DNA of 64,000 bases. It comes from an uncultured Acidobacteriota bacterium. GTDB lineage: Bacteria > Actinomycetota > Acidimicrobiia > Spongiisociales > ZC4RG35. Below are positions 9,175 through 18,945 of this stretch, one piece after another (the stretch's first letter is position 1; each line of letters opens with the position of its first letter). The position numbers were made by a program, and so were the translations under genes. The notes beneath the pieces were generated by a model. That model searched no databases, was not told the origin of the DNA, and saw only the letters and a program-made list of their open reading frames with translations. The stretch covers positions 160,514 to 224,513 of the forward strand of contig CAWKEI010000010.1 in the NCBI GenBank assembly GCA_963848695.1, in the 5' to 3' direction.

Positions 9175-9715
9175 CTCTCCGCTGGCAGCACACCGGCGGC
9201 TTCCCTCTCAGGTCCTGGTCAACACCGGCGATGGCAAGGGCAAGTCGACCGCCGCCTTCGGCACTGCCCTTCGAGCCATTGCCCGGGGTTGGAAGGTGGC
9301 AGTCATCCAATTCCTCAAGTCGGGGGAGTGGAAGGTGGGCGAGGAGGAGGTGGGCAGACGGCTTGGGATCGATTGGTGGGCGCTCGGCGACGGCTTCACC
9401 TGGGATTCCGAAGACATGGAGGAATCAGAGGCAGTGGCACGGGAGGCCTGGGCTTCGGCCAAAGAGAAGATCGCCTCCGACGACTACGACCTGCTGATCC
9501 TCGACGAGATGACTTATCCGATCAACTGGGGATGGATCGATATCGAGGACGTGCTGGCCGCGATCGCCAACCGCCCCGAACGACTCAATCTCATCCTCAC
9601 CGGGAGGGACGCACCAGCTGCTCTGGTCGAGGTGGCGGACACAGTCACCGAGATGAAAAAGGTCAAGCACGCTTTCGACGCGGGCGTGATGGCCAGGCGG
9701 GGCATCGACTACTGA
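9146..9715 (+). CDS. cobO: cob(I)yrinic acid a,c-diamide / cob(I)alamin adenosyltransferase (CobO/BtuR type)
   Basis: 'VNTGDGKGKSTAAFG..RA.G.G.KV.VIQFLK', 'LLILDE', 'LILTGR'. GGAGG lies 5 nt before GTG 9146. Confidence 0.9.
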   Translation: MTDPLSPPTDSPLAAHRRLPSQVLVNTGDGKGKSTAAFGTALRAIARGWKVAVIQFLKSGEWKVGEEEVGRRLGIDWWALGDGFTWDSEDMEESEAVAREAWASAKEKIASDDYDLLILDEMTYPINWGWIDIEDVLAAIANRPERLNLILTGRDAPAALVEVADTVTEMKKVKHAFDAGVMARRGIDY

Positions 9716-9721
9716 TCGATC

Positions 9722-12715
9722 TCAGACTTCGGTGCGAACCATCTCGATGGCGTCTTCGATAGAGAGAGACTCCCCGGCGACGGTGGCGTGGGCGAAGTCC
9801 TGGCTGCCGAGGCTCTCTTGGGTCGCCGCCACCTGAGCGGCGTAGTCACGCTCCTCAGGCGGCGGCCAAATCGCGATGCGATGATGGCTGGCCACCCAGT
9901 CGGCGAGGCCGAAGAGGCGCGCAGCCAGCATGTCACGGCCGCGAGCATGGGCGCAGACAGCCAGACCGGCGGTTGCGATGGACACACCGCGCATGTCGTT
10001 GGCGCCGTTGCACAGGACCAAGCTCTCGACTAGTGCGGTTTGGGCCCTCTCGAACTGACCGTGGCGGAAGGCCGTCTTGCCCATGTGATAGAGGTACTCG
10101 CCAAGCGCGGCCCTTGCCCCCTCGCTCTCGTCGGCCGTCGTCGCCCGATCCCGATTCTGCTCCACCACCCTCTGCAGCTCATCGGTGGTCGGGTTCGATT
10201 GAATCATCGTCTTCATCTCGAAGAGGTTGTTCGCCGCCTCGTCATGGAGAGCGAATCCTTCCAGGACCGATTTGAACAGCTCCAATGCGTAGTCGTGGTC
10301 ACCGGCCAGCCAACCCATTGCTCCCAGGCCCGCGTCGGCATGGGCCACCCCGAGGGAATCGCCGGCGATGACCAGTAGCGCACGTCCCTCCGTGTACCGG
10401 TCGGTGGCCTCGTTGTAGTCCCCTTCGTCGCGGGCAAGGGCGCCGAGTCGCAGCGCTGACCAACCCACATCGAGAACACCAGCGTGCTCGAGGAACATTT
10501 GGTGGCTCTCGGTCATCTTCGCCCGCGCCAGCACCAGGTCTCCCTGAAGACGAGCCATCGTTCCCCAGACGGCGAGCGTCCAGGCCAGCATCCAGGTGTC
10601 TCCCACCTCCCTGGTGAGTCGCTCGGCTTCGGGGGCGAGGCGTTCGGCCTCCATGAGGTCGTCTCGAAGCCATGCCGTGGCCATCAGCTGATACGCCTGC
10701 CGGGCCTCACCCCGCCGGTCTCCCAGACGCTGGTATATCTCCATCGACTCGGTCAGAGCGGCATGGGCCTCGTCGAAAGCGAGTCGTCTGCTGGCGAGGA
10801 GCCCGGCACCATTGAGGGCTCGGGCCACGATGGACGGGTCAACGCCCTCACGATGGGACAGGGTCCGCTCCAGCCACTCGGTGCCATCGCTCACCTCTCG
10901 TTTGATCACCCAGAACCAGCGAAGGGCCCCTGCCATCGCCATCGCGTCCTCGGCGCGCCCCGAGGTGTGCAGCCACTCGAGGGCGGCGCGGAGGTTGTAC
11001 CGATCCGACTCGAGGCGATCGGCCCAGACGTTCTGCTGGATGTCGAGGATCTCATTGTCTCCTTCCTCCGCCATGGCGAGGAAGAACGCGGCATGACGGT
11101 CGCGTAGTTCATCCCGCTCCAATCCCTCGCCCAGTCTCATTCGGGCGTAATGGCTGATCGGCTCGAGTAAGCGGTAGCGGATCGGGTCGCTGTCGGTGGC
11201 CATGACCAGGGAGGTCTCGACCAGACGGCCCAGCAGGTTCATGACATGTTCTCGAGCAACGAGGCCACCAGAGCACACGCTCTCGGCCGCCTCGAGGGTG
11301 AAGCCGCCATTGAACACCGAGAGCCGGCTGAAGAGAGCGCGTTCCGCACCCCCGAGGAAGTCGTAGCTCCAGTCGAGCGTGGTCTCGAGCGTCTGCTGAT
11401 GCGGGGGAAGATCACGGGCCGTCCCGGCGAGGAGGGCGAATTGTTGGTCGAGTCGCTCGACGAGCTGTCCAACGGAAAGGACCTTGAGACGCGCCGCGGC
11501 GAGCTCGATGGCCAGCGGGATCCCATCGAGACGCCGGCAGACCTCCGCCACTTGCTGGACGTTGACGAGATTCAGGTCGAAATTGGGGTTGACGAGTCGG
11601 GCCCGATTGAGGAACAAGGCGACGGAGTCGAACGCTGCGATGCCGTCCAGCGACCTGACTTCGGGGCCTGGGACCCCGAGTGGGGACAGCTGCACCAGGT
11701 GTTCCTCCCGGATCGAAAGCCACTCCCTCGTCGTGGCGAGAATCTTCAACTCCTCGGTCCCGAGGAGGAGTTGGTCCGTCAGCTTGGCCACGGCGTCGAT
11801 CAGGTGCTCGCATCCGTCCAGGATCAAGAGCGAGCGAGCCTTGGCCAGGCGCGAGATCAGCGTGTCGCTGATGGATTTGAGAGGGCTCTCGGTGATGTGG
11901 AGTTGGCGGGCGATGGCTGCGGCCAGGAGGTTGTCGTCGAGGACCCTCGACACCTCGACGAACCAAACGCCGTCTTCGAACTCTGAGCTGAGCTCCTCGG
12001 CGACCTTGAGGGCGAGGGTGGTCTTGCCCACGCCGCCCGGCCCGGTGAGGGTCACCAGGCGGGAACGTCCCAGAGCCTCGATCACCGCCTGTTTCTCGAG
12101 CTGGCGGCCAACCAGCGTCAAATCTCGGATGGGCAGATTTCCCTTGGTCGAGGTGAGGGTCCGCAACGGGGGAAACTCGGTGGGCAGGCCATCGATGCTC
12201 AGCTGGTAGATGTGCTCGTCGTGGGTCAGGTCACGCAAGCGATGTGTACCGAGATCCTCCAATCGGGTCCCTTCGGGAAGGTTGTACTCGGTGAGACGGG
12301 CAGTGGCCTCCGAGACCAGTGTCTGGCCCCCATGACCGCTGTCCCCGATGCGGGCAGCGCGGTGCACGTCGATCCCCACGTAGTCCGACCCGCCCAGCCG
12401 GCCCTCGCCGGTATGGATGCCGATCCTGACCTTGACGCTCTGCGGTGCGGCCCATTCTTCGGAGGCCAAGCGGCGCTGAATCTCTATCGCGCTGCTCACC
12501 GAGTCGAGCGCGGACTGGAATGCGACAAAGAAACCGTCGCCCTCGTTCTTGACGATGCGACCGCGGTGCGTCTGGGCAGCCTCGTGCACGATTGCGTTGT
12601 GGCGTTCGAGAACAGGTCGAAAAGCATCGCCGAGCTCTTGAAGCATCCTCGTCGAGCCCTCGATGTCAGAGAAGAGAAAGCTGACCGTCCCGACCGGGAG
12701 GTCTCCTGATGTCAT
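9722..12715 (-). CDS. class III adenylate/guanylate cyclase domain - NB-ARC/AAA ATPase - TPR protein (STAND architecture, no C-terminal HTH)
   Basis: N-terminus 'VSFLFSDIEGST..NEGDGFFVAF..GIDVHRAARI'; Walker A 'GPGGVGKTTLA'; Walker B-like 'LLILDGCEHL'; long helical-repeat C-terminus. ATG 12715 (TTG 12727 alternative). Confidence 0.85.
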   Translation of the reverse strand: MTSGDLPVGTVSFLFSDIEGSTRMLQELGDAFRPVLERHNAIVHEAAQTHRGRIVKNEGDGFFVAFQSALDSVSSAIEIQRRLASEEWAAPQSVKVRIGIHTGEGRLGGSDYVGIDVHRAARIGDSGHGGQTLVSEATARLTEYNLPEGTRLEDLGTHRLRDLTHDEHIYQLSIDGLPTEFPPLRTLTSTKGNLPIRDLTLVGRQLEKQAVIEALGRSRLVTLTGPGGVGKTTLALKVAEELSSEFEDGVWFVEVSRVLDDNLLAAAIARQLHITESPLKSISDTLISRLAKARSLLILDGCEHLIDAVAKLTDQLLLGTEELKILATTREWLSIREEHLVQLSPLGVPGPEVRSLDGIAAFDSVALFLNRARLVNPNFDLNLVNVQQVAEVCRRLDGIPLAIELAAARLKVLSVGQLVERLDQQFALLAGTARDLPPHQQTLETTLDWSYDFLGGAERALFSRLSVFNGGFTLEAAESVCSGGLVAREHVMNLLGRLVETSLVMATDSDPIRYRLLEPISHYARMRLGEGLERDELRDRHAAFFLAMAEEGDNEILDIQQNVWADRLESDRYNLRAALEWLHTSGRAEDAMAMAGALRWFWVIKREVSDGTEWLERTLSHREGVDPSIVARALNGAGLLASRRLAFDEAHAALTESMEIYQRLGDRRGEARQAYQLMATAWLRDDLMEAERLAPEAERLTREVGDTWMLAWTLAVWGTMARLQGDLVLARAKMTESHQMFLEHAGVLDVGWSALRLGALARDEGDYNEATDRYTEGRALLVIAGDSLGVAHADAGLGAMGWLAGDHDYALELFKSVLEGFALHDEAANNLFEMKTMIQSNPTTDELQRVVEQNRDRATTADESEGARAALGEYLYHMGKTAFRHGQFERAQTALVESLVLCNGANDMRGVSIATAGLAVCAHARGRDMLAARLFGLADWVASHHRIAIWPPPEERDYAAQVAATQESLGSQDFAHATVAGESLSIEDAIEMVRTEV

Positions 12716-12779
12716 CGCGGGCCCCAAATTAACAACGCCGCGGCGGTTCCCTGCCTCCCGGGGAAGGATCCAGCCCCGA

Positions 12780-13265
12780 TCAGGAAGCGTGACGAAAGCG
12801 GTGGAGTAGTGCGGCCCGCAACGCGTCCGGATCGAGATCCAGGCCTTCGAAAAGAGCGAGGGCGCGGTCAGGGGCGGTGACCCTGGTCAGGGCGAGGGCG
12901 ATGTGCTCCACGCCGATATGGCGATTGCCCAGATCGAGTGCTTCTCGGAGAGCGCCCTTGAGTATGCCCTTCGCCCCGTTGTTGAAGGGGAGATGCCGAA
13001 CCACGCCTCGTCTCTGGTTGTGGGCGGGCTCGGCCAGCCGGAGCAGGCCCGGGTCGAGCCCCACCGATTCCAGTGCTGCCTCATCCAGACGCTCCATGGC
13101 AGAACGTATCGCAACGGGTTCGGGCAATAGACCCATCATGCTCTCGCTGCCGGCCACCCCGATCAGGAGGTGCTCGGTGCCGATGCGGTTGTCGCCACGA
13201 ACCTGCGCCTCCTCCACGGCCCTGGTCACGACCTGGCGGGCCTCTCGTGTGAATCGTTCGAACAT
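12780..13265 (-). CDS. Clp N-terminal (Clp_N double repeat) domain-only protein
   Basis: 'MFERFTREARQVV..A..EA...G...IGTEHLLIG' and a second repeat 'IGVEHIALAL'. ATG 13265 lies 2 nt after the upstream stop. Confidence 0.85.
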   Translation of the reverse strand: MFERFTREARQVVTRAVEEAQVRGDNRIGTEHLLIGVAGSESMMGLLPEPVAIRSAMERLDEAALESVGLDPGLLRLAEPAHNQRRGVVRHLPFNNGAKGILKGALREALDLGNRHIGVEHIALALTRVTAPDRALALFEGLDLDPDALRAALLHRFRHAS

Positions 13266-13267
13266 CT

Positions 13268-13468
13268 CTACTTCCCGTATTTCTTGTGAACCGCCTGCCG
13301 TGACACCCCCAGGGCATCTCCGATCTGCTGCCAGGTCCATCCCTGGGCTCGGGCAGCCATCACATGAGTTGACTCCAGGCGATCGGTGGTACGACGCAGG
13401 ACGACCACGGCTTGGAGGCCCTTTGCCGGATCGTCGCTGTCGGCGTCGGCCAGCTTGGAGGGTGTCAT
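13268..13468 (-). CDS. small helix-turn-helix protein
   Basis: 66 aa with C-terminal 'GWTWQQIGDALGVSRQAVHKKYGK' HTH. Tightly coupled to the Clp_N gene. Confidence 0.7.
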   Translation of the reverse strand: MTPSKLADADSDDPAKGLQAVVVLRRTTDRLESTHVMAARAQGWTWQQIGDALGVSRQAVHKKYGK

Positions 13469-13528
13469 CCCTGTCACCCTAGGTTGACAAAGGCCCATCT
13501 GTCAACACGAGTTGACGCCGGAGGGGGG

Positions 13529-14659
13529 CTAGGACCTCCTTCGGGCCGCCAGACGGAACAGGGCGCGAGCTCCTTCGCCCAGGACTTCAAAACGTGGATC
13601 CTTGGTCTGGCCGCGTAGCCAGCGGATGTAGATCTGTTGCAGGACGACCCCGAGCTTCCAGGTCCCGAACACGACATACCAGTCGGCGCCGCTGAGATCG
13701 CGGCCAGATAGCTCCTGATACCGGTCGAGAGCCGCCTTCCGATCGAGCCAGCCCGGAGCGGTGGTCGGCATTGGAGCCAGAGTCGATCGCTCCTCCCCTT
13801 CGTCGTACCAGGAGGCCATCAACGTGCCCACATCCGCCAGGGGATCTCCCCTGGTCGCCATGTCCCAGTCGTACACCGCGACACAGATGCCCGGGTCGTC
13901 CGCTGACACGGCCATGTTGTCCAAGCGCCAATCGTTGTGGAGCAGGGTCGGGGGACCCGACGGCGGGACAGTCGATCGGAGCCAGGAGCCCACTTCGTCG
14001 GCGACGGGGTCGTCGTCGTGCTTGGCCAACTCCCATCGCTTCCACCACCCTTCGACCTGCCGCTCCAGGAACCCATCAGGATGTCCCAGGTCTCCCAAGC
14101 CCCAACTCGCCGCATCCACAGAATGCAGCTCGACCAGGGTGTCGATGACGACGGTGGACAGCTTTCGGTTCGCCCTTTCGTCGCGGCCTCCTCCGAATGC
14201 CGCAGGCACCGTGTCCCGGATGACAACTCCCACCTTCGGCTCCATCAAGAAAAAGGGCGCGCCGATGACGGACGAGTCGTCGCACAGGGCGACAGCTCGC
14301 GGCGCCTTGTCGAACCCTTCCCAGAGCCGGGAGAGGACGGTGTACTCCCGCGTCATGTCATGCGCGCTCTCAGCGACCGGGCCTAGTGGAGGCCTTCTCA
14401 GCACGAGCTGGTCGCCTTCCGGGAAATCGAGCAGGTAGGTGAGGTTGGCCTTGCCCCCGGCGAATTGCCTCACAGAAGGAGTGCCCTCGGGAAGCCCGTC
14501 TTGGCTCGAGATCCATCCGGTGAGGCGATCGATGTCGAATCGCTCGTCGGGCCGGACCTCGATCACGTCTTGCACCAGGCGAAGGGTATTCGGGGTCGGT
14601 ATACCCTCCACCGCCAAGAGGAGGCCGACGTCACCACACCATTCGAGATTTGCGACCAT
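13529..14659 (-). CDS. phosphotransferase (APH/choline-kinase fold, ACAD10/11 N-terminal-like) family protein; start uncertain
   Basis: 'FAGGKANLTYLL', catalytic 'LLHNDWRLDNM', 'VYDWDMATRGDPLADV'. ATG 14659 has an upstream AGGA; GTG 14575 is an alternative. Confidence 0.8.
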   Translation of the reverse strand: MVANLEWCGDVGLLLAVEGIPTPNTLRLVQDVIEVRPDERFDIDRLTGWISSQDGLPEGTPSVRQFAGGKANLTYLLDFPEGDQLVLRRPPLGPVAESAHDMTREYTVLSRLWEGFDKAPRAVALCDDSSVIGAPFFLMEPKVGVVIRDTVPAAFGGGRDERANRKLSTVVIDTLVELHSVDAASWGLGDLGHPDGFLERQVEGWWKRWELAKHDDDPVADEVGSWLRSTVPPSGPPTLLHNDWRLDNMAVSADDPGICVAVYDWDMATRGDPLADVGTLMASWYDEGEERSTLAPMPTTAPGWLDRKAALDRYQELSGRDLSGADWYVVFGTWKLGVVLQQIYIRWLRGQTKDPRFEVLGEGARALFRLAARRRS

Positions 14660-16282
14660 CTGACCGATTCCTATGCCGCCCTGTCGCCGATCGCGGCGAC
14701 CGAGGCCGGGATCGCCGGTCATGATCACCTGTGGGACGACAAGTCACCCGAAGGTGAAGATGCCAAAGCCGACTTGTTCACCAAGGGCATCGCCGACCTG
14801 TCGCAACACCTCGATCATCCGGACCCGATACAGGCGCGGGAGGCCCAGATCGTCAGTGCCTACCTCGATTCTCAGCGGCGGCTTTACGACAGCGGGCACT
14901 GGAAGAGAGACCTCAACCACGTCTACAGCGCCTTCCAGAGCTCGCGCGATGTCTTCGACATCATGCCCCGAGAAGGGGCGGAGGCCTGGGACAACATCGT
15001 CACTCGTTTGTCGACCTGGCGTGAGTTGCTCGACGGATACATGGCGAGTCTCCAGGTCGGTCTCGATGAGGGTCTGGCCGTGGCCCGGCGCCAAGTGGCG
15101 ACCGTCGTCGAGCAGGTACGGTCCGCCGCAGGCCCGGACTCCCGATTCGCGCGTTTTCCGTCCCTTGCCGAAGAAGGTGGAGGCGCCGCAGACCGCGTCG
15201 AAGCCGCCGTGGAAGTGGCCCGATCGGACCTGGCCGAATTCGCCGACTGGCTCGAAACCGTGTACCGGCCTCGAGCGGTGGAGTCCGACGCCGTCGGGCG
15301 GGACCGGTACCTGGAGGAGGCAGAGCGCTTCCTCGGCATGGACCTCGACCCCGACGACACCTACGACTGGGGTTGGTCCGAGGTGCATCGCCTGATGGGC
15401 GAGATGGAAGACACCTCGGCCGAGATCGATTCGGCTCTCAACGTCGAGGATGTGATCGATCTCCTCGACACCGATCCCGCCCGATCCGCCCCGGACCACG
15501 CTGCGTTTGTCGAATTCGTCCGCAGCATCCAGGAGGATGCCGTCCGGCAACTCGACGGCACGGCCTTCGATGTCCCCGAGGAGATTCGGGACGTCACGGT
15601 GAACCTCGCACCTCCTGGGGGCAGTCTCGGGGCCTGGTACCACGCACCATCCGAGGACTTCTCCCGCCCTGGCTCCATCTGGTACGCCTTGGGGGAGAGG
15701 ACCCGAATCCCGCATTGGCAGGAAGTCGCCACCGCCTACCACGAGGGATTCCCCGGGCATCATCTCCAAGTGGGCACCGCCGTGCTGCAGCGGGACAGGT
15801 TGTCTCGATTCCATCGCCTGCTGGTTTGGTACCCGGGCTCGGGCGAAGGGTGGGCGCTCTACGCCGAGCGCCTCATGCAGGAGCTGGGGTATTTCGAGAA
15901 TCCCGAGTATCGACTCGGCTTGCTCGCCAGTCAGTTGTTCAGGTCGACGAGGGTGGTGGTGGATATCGGGGCTCATCTCGAGAAACGGATCCCCCAAGAT
16001 GCTCCGCTCCATCCTGGCGAGGTCTGGAACCACGACCTGGCCGTGGAATACATGGAGAGGATCGGCAGACAGCCCCTCGACCTGGCCCAATCAGAGGTAT
16101 TGCGATATCTCGGATGGCCCGGTCAGGCGATCTCGTACAAGGTCGGGGAGCGGGAGATCCTCGCCATCAGGCGCGAGGTGATGAGCTCCCAGGCCGGTGC
16201 CTTCGACGCGAAGGACTTCCATCGTCGATTGCTCGACGCAGGGGCGATCCGCCTCGATCATCTCAAGCAGTTGATCGTCTGA
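14570..16282 (+). CDS. DUF885 family (metallopeptidase-like) protein; start uncertain
   Basis: 'HEGFPGHHLQ' motif and 'WYPGSGEGWALYAE'. The only canonical in-frame starts are TTG 14465 and TTG 14570. Confidence 0.8.
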   Translation: MHQAKGIRGRYTLHRQEEADVTTPFEICDHLTDSYAALSPIAATEAGIAGHDHLWDDKSPEGEDAKADLFTKGIADLSQHLDHPDPIQAREAQIVSAYLDSQRRLYDSGHWKRDLNHVYSAFQSSRDVFDIMPREGAEAWDNIVTRLSTWRELLDGYMASLQVGLDEGLAVARRQVATVVEQVRSAAGPDSRFARFPSLAEEGGGAADRVEAAVEVARSDLAEFADWLETVYRPRAVESDAVGRDRYLEEAERFLGMDLDPDDTYDWGWSEVHRLMGEMEDTSAEIDSALNVEDVIDLLDTDPARSAPDHAAFVEFVRSIQEDAVRQLDGTAFDVPEEIRDVTVNLAPPGGSLGAWYHAPSEDFSRPGSIWYALGERTRIPHWQEVATAYHEGFPGHHLQVGTAVLQRDRLSRFHRLLVWYPGSGEGWALYAERLMQELGYFENPEYRLGLLASQLFRSTRVVVDIGAHLEKRIPQDAPLHPGEVWNHDLAVEYMERIGRQPLDLAQSEVLRYLGWPGQAISYKVGEREILAIRREVMSSQAGAFDAKDFHRRLLDAGAIRLDHLKQLIV

Positions 16283-16301
16283 GCCTGCTCCGCAGGCCGG
16301 C

Positions 16302-17449
16302 TCAGCAGCCGTTTGAAGTCAGGGATGGGTTGGGGTTGATGGCAACGCCATCGCGGTACATGCCGAAATGGAGGTGGGGTGTCGTGCCTTGGGCGTTGCC
16401 CGACGTGCCCACGTAGCCAATGACATCACCGGCACTCACCTCGCCCGTCTTGCCGGCTTCGTTGAGGTGGGATCCGAGGTACTTGATCCCGTCGCTTCCG
16501 AGAAGGTTGAACTGAAGCCCACCGATGGTTCCCTCGATGAGCTCGACCGTGCCGGACACGGGGCGCGCACCGGCGATCCCAGGTCCGCAAACACGTCATT
16601 GCCCTCGTGGAAACGGCTCCCGCCACGGGGGAAGCCCCAGTCGTTGAAGTACCTGCCCCCTTCGACGGGACAGACCCAGCTCGACCCACCGGGTACTGCC
16701 AGGGTCTGACCGGAGCGGATCTGGTTGACGTCGGATAGACCGTTGAGGTCGGCGAGAGTCGAGATGTTGGTGCCGTATTTGGCCGCGATGTCGCCCAGTC
16801 GGTCTCCCTTCTGCACCACGTAGCTCCCCGCTCCTCCACCACTGCCCTCGCCCACGAATGCCGGGCCGTCGAGGAAGAGGCGCGTGCCTGTGTAGACCTT
16901 GCCATTGACGATCCCGTTGGCGTTTGCAAGCGCGTCCGGCGATAGCGAGTACTTCCCGGCGATCGTTTCCAGGGTCTCACCTCGCGCCACGATGTGGAAC
17001 TCGCCGGATCGGCCCGAGCCGCCCTCGCTGTCGACACCCGATGCAGGCGCCGCAGCCACGGCTGCGTTCTTGCGGATGGCCGGGATCACCAGTTCCTGGC
17101 CAGGTTGGATGAGATTCGGGTTGGGCAGACTGTTCGACTCTGCGATGGCCGATGCGCTGAGGCCATACGCAGCCGCGATCCGGTTCAAGGACTCGCCCTT
17201 GCTCACCACGTGTAGCTGCTCTGGAGAGCCATCCACACCGGGGATGAGGATGACCTGGCCGGGACGGATCAGATCGGGATTAGGCATCTCGTTCAGCTCG
17301 ATGACATCTGCAAGTGACACGTCGTGATCACGTGCGATCTCGCTCAGGGTGTCCCCACGCTGGACGGTGTACTCCAAGGAAAAGAGAGCCACAGTCAGGG
17401 CGAGAACCGAGCCAACAGCGATGGCACGGGCGCGTCTTTTGACTGGCAT
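16302..17449 (-). pseudogene. secreted LysM(x4)-M23 metallopeptidase, frame broken by a 1-nt deletion near 16560
   Basis: ORF 16436..17449 carries four LysM repeats ('YTVQRGDTLSEIA', 'HVVSKGESLNRIA', 'HIVARGETLETIA', 'YVVQKGDRLGDIA') and 'HEGNDVFA'. ORF 16302..16559 in another frame continues 'VSGTVELIE..GYVGTSGNA..PHLHFGMY'. Confidence 0.8.
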
Positions 17450-17521
17450 GAAGGTCCAACTCCTTCAGGCCCCCTGTTCCGTCCGCGAGGTCACCCTAAC
17501 TCAAGATCGCGAAATTGCCAG

Positions 17522-18575
17522 CTAAACCGATTTCGTCAGTGGTTGCAGGCCTGGCTTCCCGGCAAGAAGGCGGAGCTGGCCGCAGGCGGCGTCGATATCG
17601 CGTCCTCGAGTGTCCCGGACAGTCACATTTATCCCACGTCGGCTCAATTCCCGGGCAAACCCGGCGATGGCCGTGGTGGTCGACGCCTTCTCCGCGGTCA
17701 GGGGCGTCGGGTTCAGCGCGATCAGATTGACATGGGCGCGCAACCGGCCCGCGATGGCGGCGAGTTTGACTGCCTGGTCCGTGGTGTCGTTGACACCCTC
17801 CATCATGGTCCACTCGATGGAGAGCCGGCGTCGCTTCTTCTCGAAGTAGCCGGCGGCAGCCGCCTCGAGCTCTGCCAGGGGGTAACGGCGATTGATGGGG
17901 ACGAGGCTGCTCCTCAATTCGTCGTCGGCGGCGTGGAGGCTGACCGCCAGTGACACGGCCCACGGCTCGTCGGCGAGCTGTCTGATGCCGGGCACGATGC
18001 CGACGGTCGACACAGTGATCGATCTCGCCGACAGGCCCATCACTTCGATCATCCGCCTGATCGCCTCGCGCACCCGCCCGTAATTGGCCAGAGGCTCGCC
18101 CATCCCCATGAAGACGACGTTGGTCAGGTGGTCGGGCGTCCCGGGCATCCCGATCTGGCGGAGGAAGGCTTGGGCGTAAGCCACCTGGGCCATGATCTCG
18201 CCGGGCTCGAGATGACGTTCGAAGCCGAACTGGCCAGTCGCACAGAAGGTGCACCCCAGGGCGCAGCCGGCTTGGCTCGAGATGCATAGGGTCGCGCGAC
18301 GGGGGTAACCCATGAGGACGGCTTCGATGGCGGCGCCATCCGGCGCCCGAAACAGCCACTTGCGGGTCGGTGCCGCCGTCGGCGGATTGCTCCACTTCGA
18401 TCTCGAAGGGCCAGAGCTGCCCCAGCTTCTCTCGAAGAGGACCTGGGAGGTTGGTCATGTCCTGAGCGCTCAACACCGGCGTCTTATAGAGCCAGTTGCG
18501 GAGCTGGTCGACCCGGTAGGAAGGTTCGCCTTCGAGCAGTTCACCGAGTTGTTCCGGCTGGTGGAGATAGGGCAC
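17522..18575 (-). pseudogene. rlmN: 23S rRNA/tRNA m2A methyltransferase RlmN (radical SAM), frame broken by a 1-nt insertion near 18365
   Basis: N-terminal part in the frame of GTG 18575: 'GEPSYRVDQLRNWLY..MTNLP..LREKL..EQSADGGTD'. Continuation in another frame: '[44 protein letters not shown]'. Confidence 0.85.
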
Positions 18576-18577
18576 CG

Positions 18578-18898
18578 TCAGGCCAGGGAGCGGGCCTGTT
18601 CGATCCAGGTCCGGGCCCGGGCCCCGCTCACCTGCGCCACCTCGGCGATGGTGTCGGGAGTAGCGGATGCCAGTTTGTCGACGTCGTCTATGCCGGCGCC
18701 TTTGAGCCGGCCGGCGAACACCGGCCCGATGCCGGCGATCTCGTCGATGCCGGTGGCTTCCGAATCCGTGGGAGCTGTGCGCAGCACCGGTGGTTCGGGC
18801 TCGCGTGAGGCGGCGACCGAGATGAATCTGTCCCGCATCGCCCAAACCAGGGCGGCTGCCGCCCCGACGACGCCCACGACCTTGGCCAGAGTCTTCAT
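18578..18898 (-). CDS. membrane-anchored helix-hairpin-helix (DUF4332-like) protein
   Basis: ATG 18898 'MKTLAKVVGVVGAAAALVWA' TM segment, then 'IAGIGPVFAGRLKGAGIDDVDKLA' HhH motif. Confidence 0.6.
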   Translation of the reverse strand: MKTLAKVVGVVGAAAALVWAMRDRFISVAASREPEPPVLRTAPTDSEATGIDEIAGIGPVFAGRLKGAGIDDVDKLASATPDTIAEVAQVSGARARTWIEQARSLA

Positions 18899-18945
18899 TG
18901 GCCGTGATCGTACCCAACCGCGCTGCGATCTACTCTGGCCGACCG

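Noticed and set aside
16283-16301. Small hairpin tgagcc..ggctca spanning both stop codons of the convergent DUF885 and M23 genes.
   Set aside because: Only a 6-bp stem with a 13-nt loop, too weak to call a terminator.
17450-17521. ydaO/c-di-AMP-type riboswitch upstream of the LysM/M23 cell-wall hydrolase.
   Set aside because: The spacer is only 72 nt, too short for that element, and shows no conserved core.
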